Shown here: piece by piece, positions 41,001-47,821 of the stretch | Position numbering within the stretch: the first letter of the stretch is position 1 | Layout of the letters: the number at the start of each line of letters is the position of its first letter | IMG/VR virus record: IMGVR_UViG_3300042521_002634 | Location: 1-64,000 of that record | From: a virus | DNA: 64,000 nucleotides | Reading direction: 5' to 3' (one strand) | Position numbers and translations under genes: made by a program | The notes under the pieces: generated by a model | What the model was told of the DNA's origin: nothing | Database searches by the model: none | What the model saw: only the letters and a program-made list of their open reading frames with translations

Positions 41001-42850
41001 GCAAAATAGTCATTTGCAATTTTTTCCATCGCCTCGTCTTGATCATCAGAATCTTCAATTTCTTTAGCCGCGTCCATTTTGTCTTGCCGCTCTTCAAAAG
41101 CGTTGACAATAGCTTTCTTTTCAGAACGATTAAACGAATCATTATCATCAATGTTTCTAATGAGGTCTTCGTACTCGTCGCCATCAATGTTGCCAATGTT
41201 GTATCCACTTGTGTTTCTTAGGAACTCGTCACGCTCGGGGCTACCAGGACCTCCGCCTGTGGGTGGCTCGCCTGGGGCGCCAGTTGGTGGCTCGCCTGGA
41301 GCGCCTTTAGTGAGTTCGTCAAACAGCTCTTCACGCTCGGAGCCTTCGCTGTCGTCTTCAAACCTAGCGTCGAATGCTCCGTCGCGCCCTGGGCCGCCAA
41401 GGAACGCATTAGCCTCTGCTGGTGTAAGACGCGGCTTATTGAACGTGACAACTATTGCATCTGCGCCTTCTAGAGTTGGTGTTGTGTCAATTTCTACGAA
41501 TCCGCCAAGATCATTAGCTCTCTTAACTTGATCAGCAAAAGTCTCTAAATCATATTCGTACTCAGCAAGTGGGAACGAGATACTTACTCCGTTACCCTTT
41601 GGAATTGTGTTCGGTACAGCGAATGGTGGCTCGTCTGCTGGTGTTGACAGAGCTTCAAGATCTTGCTTGTAGTCGTCTTGATCAGCAAGAACAGCTTTTT
41701 GAACCTCGCTCCATGAGCGCATTACTTTTTTATCTTTTGCAAACGGATCAGTGTCAGTCGCTTCCATTCGTCGCACTGAGTAGCCGTAGTCAACGCCTGT
41801 GCCAGCCGCGTTAGGTCGTGCTTCGCGCTTTACTGTATAGCCGTCATCGCTTGTGTATTCAGAATAAGACGTGCGGCCCACTTGTCGCGTTTTGCCTAAT
41901 TGCTTCCAACCGCTAGGAGCATCCTTGCGCGTGAGAGTTGCTGAGTCTACATAGACATCGTCCATAGCATCATCACGGTCTGGAAGTTCTTCTACAGCTT
42001 TTGTAGGAAGAACAGCTTTAACTGACTCACCCTTTGCAGATGGCATAGTGTAGACGCCGTCGTCAAGATCTTTGCTTCCAGTTACCTCGATCTCAATTGC
42101 GTCAGTACCTGAAGCGCCAACAACACGACCCGACACCGTCTTGAACAGTCCGTCAGGCAGACGTAACTTGAACGACCAGCCGCCGCCCATTTCAGCAAAA
42201 CGGCCTTTGCGGTCGCGACGTTGAAGCTTGGCACGAAGACTTCTAGCAGCGTCTGAGTTTCCACCGAGACCAAGAACTGCAATGATAGGTGTCAACTGTA
42301 AATCAGCGTCGATTCTAATGTCGCGTGGAATAGCGCCTACTGGAAGTACTGATATTCGTGTAAACGCATGGCGATGTTCGACAGAACCTGGAGTCTGCGA
42401 GTACGCTGCTGCGACAAGATTTCGTAAGTTATCGTCAATTCGTGGATCAGCGGCAAGCCACTGTGCACGCGCAGCGCGTAGTGACGCTTCATTCATCGTG
42501 TGTGAACGAGTAGAAAGCGGATGCGCGACTGGCAAAAGATCTGTGTTAGACAGACGCTCTACACCAGGCTTTCCAGTTCGTGAAAGGTTTATAAATGAAT
42601 TTACAGCTCGTATAGCCGCAAAAACTCGTGCAGCAGGCTTAGCACTTGAAGACGATGTTTGAAGAGATCGTGAAGCTGCTATTACAGCAGAGTACGGTGA
42701 AATCTGACGATGTGTTTGCAGCTCTGAGTTTGCACTGACGACCATATCCATGATCGCACCCTTTAGAGCTTTTTGATATGTCAATGGCAGGTCAGCAAAC
42801 GCGTGACTATACTGATAGCTGCGTTTCTTTTGTTTATTGTGCTTAGTCAC
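35090..42850 (-). CDS. 2586-aa polyvalent head-associated protein: R-S-E ADP-ribosyltransferase + HipA/PI3K-like kinase + second ART-like domain
   Basis: LHR...SFTT...EAE (about 38.63-39.03 kb). GSN.GG.Y...YYVK...ENEALA...DAWLGNYD...DNI...RVDPGG (about 37.85-38.51 kb). H...LMST..R...GGADYVF...ELMFK (about 35.5-36.0 kb). Confidence 0.72.
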   Translation of the reverse strand: MTKHNKQKKRSYQYSHAFADLPLTYQKALKGAIMDMVVSANSELQTHRQISPYSAVIAASRSLQTSSSSAKPAARVFAAIRAVNSFINLSRTGKPGVERLSNTDLLPVAHPLSTRSHTMNEASLRAARAQWLAADPRIDDNLRNLVAAAYSQTPGSVEHRHAFTRISVLPVGAIPRDIRIDADLQLTPIIAVLGLGGNSDAARSLRAKLQRRDRKGRFAEMGGGWSFKLRLPDGLFKTVSGRVVGASGTDAIEIEVTGSKDLDDGVYTMPSAKGESVKAVLPTKAVEELPDRDDAMDDVYVDSATLTRKDAPSGWKQLGKTRQVGRTSYSEYTSDDGYTVKREARPNAAGTGVDYGYSVRRMEATDTDPFAKDKKVMRSWSEVQKAVLADQDDYKQDLEALSTPADEPPFAVPNTIPKGNGVSISFPLAEYEYDLETFADQVKRANDLGGFVEIDTTPTLEGADAIVVTFNKPRLTPAEANAFLGGPGRDGAFDARFEDDSEGSEREELFDELTKGAPGEPPTGAPGEPPTGGGPGSPERDEFLRNTSGYNIGNIDGDEYEDLIRNIDDNDSFNRSEKKAIVNAFEERQDKMDAAKEIEDSDDQDEAMEKIANDYFAKIADILGYDDEEIARAFGGTTEGPGEPPAGAPGKPPTGGPDEPDDYGKSQEIVSKLTEALEEKGVDVDSLTDDVLDYLNDQASQIENGETSVEDAVNAFVDRWGDELDLPTAGPGEPPFTSPEAARDILDEGALTAEGILTDIDDADLDDLDDDDANILEKINKLSDSARDALDNIDPEGSQLNDIYFDQARADLGEMAELLSNATNADMQDAGSVLKEAVDEYLSLPTIDFSGRRAELEVAAEPSALDGVVSEVKALFDSYNSGAVDASEVLDLLGVAIDDVPNNDQIYNSLKKQIENVELRGFSIEKAKSNAEKSIRKLASEEGAVPYLTAEKAPSTPETNDPVDQSLFDETFITSDDSYKLNVFEQYNPRGRVDQDSTDYTDDPQILANSFTAENLQKALRQALVPSSDGDVAIGLGYLPFDGGDEAVPAEALYESLDFAGIDSDIVVAGIYDSALPEGSETNVERITMQRDDLDKIGGEDFNPADINTARDWEIKQAIKRNGELATPQRAALAVAQMTDAAKNEEKNPSIKEVADDLINRQNDPNLNEYSAENLGNVLDSYMPWSFSDSADEREAFRGFWGMLMSIDGGSTNDMDDKRPVQSTSGFRRAVYESVKRQSGGDEEVALAEYDRLISEYGGYPEWTTGKEAISDGDADIFSDQSSAGAFFRLMAASAEKNDVRLHRYIDVRKDDPALQQYLTPGVVLPIDARSFTTKDEAAEDIVSLLKYPPNSETTHIVFEIQPNEGTSISFASVSWFSGEAEHIAWGNYEVDSTRRVEMGGRTDLTVVSLRQVSASGVDADGGAADSDIFGPGDDAAVDTPAKPNVASWDKVGPQLGSNLGGTYEDPDGDIYYVKESKSLKHAENEALASAFYKELGVNAVDVRVGEADGAPRTVSPIVSTTGETLADRLNDGEFIDKIREDFAIDAWLGNYDVAGLVYDNIVVDNDGNPLRVDPGGALLFRARGAEKGDMFGDSVGEIDTLTDPDINPSASRVFGGMTEEQRKASAQKLLDITPQRIDQIVDSIVTDPGMAEGLKDRLKKRRADVLDRFDIEDSVLNMPEVAQRPTAPADKSPESIEAFKDELARFAMDKAIAKGWNCEGGLTSAATNPCDLPSVNELIAEATPTDAELAEPKVRQLPSDEEVSNAFDVIFDDIETYLSSDWGLEGSDKSKYKKTRAKIEDIRERYDAGEITREEAAAELAALRDEISASGGEPVAKEATAEAIDHIIKNLDGTIYDPVVVIDKDLPPPGSGLGLSKDKVTLVKPGMTVKSKDGVTYVVHRYDPSNWNYVYVKPTDGSKEKIKSTKTLEIVGGEGGGGGTPTAPEPSGPELPKAEAPKGAPKAPEVPFPDNMPLAPRAPEPPKSKKDKQQGVVGPGVEPVIIEEALPYTSSGIPGTPSLADAFAFVASDEPNAAIIGSYAAIDSTDIEDMSVRVTRLRSLETSEQITRMRYKLTAWAGEQLYKDVQDLKRNEYTITNGVALKEISRKDAAVPALKPDTNVYNNWRHGTTYEATLPNGVKIQFFRGAQGSYTDHVFSRSVEDYDEVVNALNNYVIIDVPDGVSPDSVRSAFNIAGVVDPRPSVEQDFRVLIENRLMSVLGGKTNASRNEARPEVRQEILSEVKTKYGIGVEDVYVGVGANGRIEMRVSKEKAAALAKEAKIEIAEHNLTVSAGYRPDPELAAKKIADIIVGPNRALMSTLARWTEGVGGSGQSSETDMATGGADYVFFSPKDMTVTSSIGYGVSDASDATVTFDAVDLFTRLDFYANYVDTYGARSEENDNLKNAAPGGYELMFKDRVSTDMLKDIVVHTRVVPFLIEELKNRGITEINGRSVDEVVTVGGQGVVMEKEGAVKKFQTKLDENLKTRFGEDFGGAKKYKDWLNEDPSGRAKEYAPPVDENAVIVAVKDLNNEKQERVIVRLTNGAYLSYTRYTGAIGAPFTYEYQEIENDFPGWTYLTSDEQSKGSN

Positions 42851-42861
42851 GTTTACCTACT

Positions 42862-43644
42862 TTATCTCTTCTTTGGTAACAGGTCTGAGTCAATACTGCT
42901 GTACAAGTCAACAGCAAGTCTTTTAGCTCTTATGTACGGACTTTCGTCTGCTCGCACAGCACGAACCCACGCGGCGCGAAGCGCCGGGATAATTTCGTAG
43001 CCTTGACCAGAAAATTCAGCAAAAGCTAATATCGCATCTTCTGGTGTAGCGTAATCTGCTTCATCTTTGATCTCGACGTCAAGAAGTCCAGAAGCCGTGA
43101 TTGATGTCTTACTTCGTGATGATTTAGGGTGACCGCTTGGCAGAATATCGTTGTCTTGCTTGTAGTTTGGATTAGCTGGTCGTCCAGATCTTAAAAGTCG
43201 AAGATACGCGTTTACACGAGCCATTGCCCAGCGGTCTCTTGTCATGCCTGGACGATGCGAACTTGAAAATGCTCCAGCGCCGCGACGATAGACTGCCTTA
43301 AGTTGCGCCATCGTTGCTCTTCGGCCATTTGGAGCTTTTTCATTGTGCTCTTTGACTTTGTTGCGTAGCGCCGTTTCTGTCTTAGCAGAGAACGTAATCT
43401 TTTTGCCACCTGCTGCCGAGCCTGGCTTGTTCTTCTTAGAACCGTAGATACGATCTTTCTTAGGAGCTCGACGAGACTTTGCAAATTCTTGAGATGTAGC
43501 TGCGTCTTTAGGCACACAGTTTGGGACCATCTTGCCATTTTTCTTTTTCATTCCAACTTGAACATAGCCGTCCCAACAAGGACCGCGCCCTGCGGCGGTA
43601 ACTGGTTGATACGAATCTAAAAGATCAATTGGCTCAGTTGACAT
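42862..43644 (-). CDS. basic head-module protein
   Basis: PCWDGYVQVGMKKKNGKMVPNCVP and LKAVYRRGAGAF..SHRP..WAMARVN modules, common in phage head proteins. Confidence 0.7.
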   Translation of the reverse strand: MSTEPIDLLDSYQPVTAAGRGPCWDGYVQVGMKKKNGKMVPNCVPKDAATSQEFAKSRRAPKKDRIYGSKKNKPGSAAGGKKITFSAKTETALRNKVKEHNEKAPNGRRATMAQLKAVYRRGAGAFSSSHRPGMTRDRWAMARVNAYLRLLRSGRPANPNYKQDNDILPSGHPKSSRSKTSITASGLLDVEIKDEADYATPEDAILAFAEFSGQGYEIIPALRAAWVRAVRADESPYIRAKRLAVDLYSSIDSDLLPKKR

Positions 43645-43646
43645 TG

Positions 43647-45374
43647 TTACACCTCTGTTGTTGGCGTCGGCTCTGTCGTCTTTTCTGGTGTCGGCGTCTC
43701 TACTGGCGATTCGGCAGCACTCGGCTGCGCTGTCTCTGTCTCTGGCGCGCCCTGCAAAATCTGCTGTAGTGCAGACGGCACAGGCGCGACGCTCGTAGCT
43801 TGCTGTGCGCTTCTTGCAGCGTCCATGACGTCAGGCGCGATCGCCGTCAGCACAGCTTGAGTAAGTTCAGGAGAGATTACGCCCTTGTCGATTATCATAC
43901 GAAGAGCGACTTCCTTAGCTGTTGGTGCGTCGGCCTCGCTAAATCCATGAGCACGGCGCCAAGTATCGTATGAAACTGCACCACGGTCAAATCCACTGTC
44001 AGCGTCTGCAGCGCGGTCATTACGAGTTGATACCTGCGATGGGTCGTACCAAGCGACAATTCGTGAAACTTCCGTTGGATCAAATCCATTAGCAATCAAG
44101 TATGGACGCAGATAGACAACTGTCAGCGCGTCGGCGATAAGCAGCATCAACGGTTCGATGTGAGCCTTATACAACGACTCATCAATTTGAAGTGCGTTGC
44201 TATACTTTACGTTTGCCATTCCGGTAACAACATCTTTTGGAATGTCGATGCCTTGAAGAATACGCTCAAGAACACGGTCAGCTCGCTGAGCAAGTGACGG
44301 GTCGAACGAACGCTCGAACTTGAACTGCTTAATCTTGTCACCAAGCTCTGCTGGGCCGCGAATGATCAACGGTACAACAGCGCTTGCTGAGTCCTCGTCG
44401 CGGATCGGCGTCGTCATAGCATCGATCAGCGCGTCTTCAAATTCGTCTTGTTGCTCTTCAGGCGTCGGCATTGACTCAAAATCTGAGCCCGTGTCGTAAG
44501 GATAGTCAGGATCTGGATTAGCAGCGACGCTAAGTCCGTCTGGCAAATACAAAGCTCCTGCGTTTAATCGTGACCGCGCAGTTGCACGGAACGTGCGATT
44601 CAAAAGCATAAGTTCAGCGCAGAGATCTAACAGTCCACGAAGCGATGAATCTGCTTCGTCGCTGTAGCGAGGATGCGCGCGCCAGATGCGGCCAACAAAC
44701 GCACTTCCTGGAACTTTAATTCCGCCTTTGCGTGTAGCGTCCTGACCAGACAACTCTCGTCGAGGCGAGATGACGTAGTTACCGCGCGTGTCAAGCGACA
44801 CTTCGTCTACTGAGCGAATGTCCCATGACTCTGGAATACTGTGCCCGGGACGCGCTGGCATCTGCACGAGATAGCACTCGCCTGCAACGCTAAGATTCAA
44901 CGCTGCGTCTCGAAGCATTCCAGCTTGGCCGCCGTAAGCAGAGTCAAGACGCGATAGCGCGCGTTCTGCTGCCGCGGCTAGTGCAGCGTCCACCTTAGTG
45001 GCTGAACGAACGTTGACAGGCATCTCTGCTGGGTTCTCAACAACTGCTGCGTGCAAACGAATTCGTGACACGACTGAGCCAACTAAGTTAAAAGCGTATT
45101 TAATTTCTCCAATAGCGTCGTAGTACTCCCAGGCTTCAGACTGCCATTGGCTAGAACCAGCAGAGCGACGTTGCCTGAACATCTCTGCTTCATTCTTATT
45201 GTTTACGCTTACCTGTGCGGCAGCCGCTGTAAGACCGCGCGGCGCGTTATATGGAACTGAAATAGCTGGTGAGTATCCAGAAGGCACGATAAGCGAAGAT
45301 GACAATACCTGCGGATTAGTAGCGTTTGTGCGACGTGTTCGTGCTATTGATTGATTGCGCCTGAAGACGCCCAT
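43647..45374 (-). CDS. portal protein
   Basis: WQSEAWEYYDAIGE, LSVAGECY, RIWRAHPR..EADS, SRLNAG, SASAVVPLII. Confidence 0.85.
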   Translation of the reverse strand: MGVFRRNQSIARTRRTNATNPQVLSSSLIVPSGYSPAISVPYNAPRGLTAAAAQVSVNNKNEAEMFRQRRSAGSSQWQSEAWEYYDAIGEIKYAFNLVGSVVSRIRLHAAVVENPAEMPVNVRSATKVDAALAAAAERALSRLDSAYGGQAGMLRDAALNLSVAGECYLVQMPARPGHSIPESWDIRSVDEVSLDTRGNYVISPRRELSGQDATRKGGIKVPGSAFVGRIWRAHPRYSDEADSSLRGLLDLCAELMLLNRTFRATARSRLNAGALYLPDGLSVAANPDPDYPYDTGSDFESMPTPEEQQDEFEDALIDAMTTPIRDEDSASAVVPLIIRGPAELGDKIKQFKFERSFDPSLAQRADRVLERILQGIDIPKDVVTGMANVKYSNALQIDESLYKAHIEPLMLLIADALTVVYLRPYLIANGFDPTEVSRIVAWYDPSQVSTRNDRAADADSGFDRGAVSYDTWRRAHGFSEADAPTAKEVALRMIIDKGVISPELTQAVLTAIAPDVMDAARSAQQATSVAPVPSALQQILQGAPETETAQPSAAESPVETPTPEKTTEPTPTTEV

Positions 45375-45410
45375 CAGTTTCTCCTCGTCATCAACGGAGC
45401 GTGTTTACGA

Positions 45411-45701
45411 TCAAACACGCGCGGCTACTAGTCCTGTGATCGCGGACAGCGCTAAAACACACGCTACCGCAAACACTATGTTAGGTATCATAATATACAT
45501 AACTACAGTCATTGATGATGTCCAAACACTAGTGCACCAGTCACAGGTAATCAGGTAGCCGATGCCGCCTTGTTCGGGCGGATACTTTTTCCAGAGTCTT
45601 GTCCGTGCGCGATCAAGCAGTACATCGGTAGTAACAAGCCTAGTCAGGCGGTAAACGCCAAGAGCAAGCACGACGAAGTGAAATACTGAGATATCGGTCA
45701 T
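45411..45701 (-). CDS. DUF1360-like membrane protein
   Basis: YRLTRLVTTD, LITCDWCTSVW, transmembrane helices. Confidence 0.75.
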   Translation of the reverse strand: MTDISVFHFVVLALGVYRLTRLVTTDVLLDRARTRLWKKYPPEQGGIGYLITCDWCTSVWTSSMTVVMYIMIPNIVFAVACVLALSAITGLVAARV

Positions 45702-46072
45702 TCAGTTGGGTCCTTACTCGAGTGTAGTGTATTATACGGATTCCAGCTTCGTAATCTGCTTCCGCAACCGCAGCTATCGTCACGAACGAAGATAATCGTC
45801 TTACCCGTAGAGGTAGTTAGTGATGATTCGGTACGGGCGCTTCCGCTCCAGTTCAACTGTTCAATCGGCTCGGAGAAGATCGTCACAGGTCCTTTGTGTG
45901 AGTCCGCCGCGATCAAAACCCGAGAATCCGTAATCAGCACGCGAACCGCCTCAACAAGCCTCGTCGGTGGTTGCGGCTGGCTGGTCTTCGTCGTCAACTG
46001 CTCAAGCGAGATGCCGTGATTCTGCGGAGCAACAAGAACTCGAGCCGGAAAGATATCGTGAAGAACCTTCAT
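45698..46072 (-). CDS. hypothetical protein (C-terminal CGCGSRL)
   Basis: ORF coupled to its neighbours. Confidence 0.65.
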   Translation of the reverse strand: MKVLHDIFPARVLVAPQNHGISLEQLTTKTSQPQPPTRLVEAVRVLITDSRVLIAADSHKGPVTIFSEPIEQLNWSGSARTESSLTTSTGKTIIFVRDDSCGCGSRLRSWNPYNTLHSSKDPTE

Positions 46073-46602
46073 CTTGTAATTCTCCTATTTATCGCGCGAT
46101 AGGTAACTTCTGCAGCCGCGGCGATCTCTCTAACCGTAACGCCTCTCGAGTACAGCGTGTTCACTAACTGCGTGAAATCCGCGTTCGCTTTTCCATAGGC
46201 GGAGGAGGTAGAAGAGGTAGATCTATATCTACTTGCGAGTTGCGCTAAAGCCTTGATACTACTCTTGTCAACTTCAGTGAGCCCCGGTGAAGCGTGCGGC
46301 ATAACGTTCTTGCGCTTCGGCGCGTATCTATCCTTCTTGGCGGGGGCGGTAGGAACGGGGTGAACTGAGTGAACTAAATTAAAGCTTGAGTTTTTCACCG
46401 CGGATATTGTTGAATCGGAAGAAGAAGAGGGAGAGATCCAAGATCTTATTGTAGATCGGGAGCGGGGCGGCGCACAGGCCTTGCCCACGGCTGACATCGA
46501 CCAACCTGCGGCGACGAGCTCGCGAACACGGGCCTTTAACTCGTTACCCGACAATGCGCCGAGGAGGCGGTGCTCACTCTCAGGTAACTGCGCTCTCTCC
46601 AT
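46069..46602 (-). CDS. DNA-binding protein with two HTH-like segments
   Basis: GWSMSAVG..SRSTIRSW and GVTVREIAAAAEVTYRAI. Confidence 0.6.
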   Translation of the reverse strand: MERAQLPESEHRLLGALSGNELKARVRELVAAGWSMSAVGKACAPPRSRSTIRSWISPSSSSDSTISAVKNSSFNLVHSVHPVPTAPAKKDRYAPKRKNVMPHASPGLTEVDKSSIKALAQLASRYRSTSSTSSAYGKANADFTQLVNTLYSRGVTVREIAAAAEVTYRAINRRITR

Positions 46603-46954
46603 TGCACTATTGTATCATACTTAATTGTGTACATCGCTGCCTTGTTTGACGAACACGACAATACCTGCGGCGGAAAAATCACACCCTGCTTGCGCTGCTC
46701 TGCGTGCGTGCCGAAGGCACGCCGCGTCTTCTGCTAGTGTCATTCACCGCGGCGGAAGACTATGTACAAGGGGAAGTATAGTACCTTGCCATAATTGCCT
46801 TGGACGTGAGAGAGGGATATGGATAGAAATACAGAAAGTGTAAAGTGTCTCCAACTTTTTTAGAAAAATATTTTTTTCTTTGCGAAAAGTTGAGCGCGAG
46901 CGAAGAAAAAAGTTGCTCTACTTTTTTAGATTCCAAAGTTTTTATAATGATGAC

Positions 46955-47314
46955 ATGATGAAAAGAAAAAACATTGTGAGTGTGCTACAAAGTTTGAGTG
47001 AGAAAAGCGCGCGTGCAAAGAGCTTGCCTCCTCTCACTCGAGCAGAGATGAGCAAGTGGCGAGATCCATTTGGCAGAGAGATGTTGACTAGCGCCTCTGC
47101 GTTCGCTCAACAGAAAGAGAAAGCAGAAAAGAAAAAGCGATTTGTTGTTGTTCGACACAGCGATGGAAAAGCTTGGTCAGGTCCATGGCTTAACGATGGA
47201 AAGCGATTCTCCTCAGTAGAAAGCAAGTGGCACTACTTCTTGCGAGAAGAAGACGCGGAGCAAGCTGTAGAGCGCGAAGGCTTCGACTATAGAGTTGATG
47301 TGTTTGAAATGTAG
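46955..47314 (+). CDS. hypothetical basic protein, leaderless, inverted relative to its neighbours
   Basis: TCCAAAG-N4-TATAAT-N6-ATG. Confidence 0.6.
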   Translation: MMKRKNIVSVLQSLSEKSARAKSLPPLTRAEMSKWRDPFGREMLTSASAFAQQKEKAEKKKRFVVVRHSDGKAWSGPWLNDGKRFSSVESKWHYFLREEDAEQAVEREGFDYRVDVFEM

Positions 47315-47327
47315 AGCGTGACTATGC

Positions 47328-47771
47328 TTAGACGATGACGTTGATGAATGGTTCATCAGCGAACAAAGCTACAAGCATGTCCGCATCGACAGTGCCGGTT
47401 ACCGCACGGTTGTTGGCCGCTTGATATTGCTCTACCGCACGCTTAGTTGCGTCTGCATACCAGCCGTCTTTGTCAGTGCCTGCTTCATTGAACCCGCATT
47501 CGACTAAACGACGTTGAAGGTGATGTACTGACAACGACTTGCGTGTTGCTGGGTTTTTGTAGATGCACATGTCAAGCCGCACGTCATCGCTGTCCGCACC
47601 GCTTGCGACAATTCCTACGCCAGACTTGACCGCACGCTTACGCGGCGCAGGTTCAGGTGTTGGTTCAGGTGTTGGTTCAGGAGCAGGCGCTACTGGCTGC
47701 TCTTCGACAACTACCGCAGCCTCTGCCACGACTGGAGTCTCTTCAACTGCTGGGGTTTCTTCGTTGCTCAT
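47328..47771 (-). CDS. peptidoglycan-binding domain protein
   Basis: LQRRL..GF..DGWY...T..AVEQYQ.....VTG.VD; PEPT linker. Confidence 0.8.
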   Translation of the reverse strand: MSNEETPAVEETPVVAEAAVVVEEQPVAPAPEPTPEPTPEPAPRKRAVKSGVGIVASGADSDDVRLDMCIYKNPATRKSLSVHHLQRRLVECGFNEAGTDKDGWYADATKRAVEQYQAANNRAVTGTVDADMLVALFADEPFINVIV

Positions 47772-47821
47772 TTGTTTACCGTACTTTCTTTAAAGACTTG
47801 ATGTGTAATTGTATACCCGCA

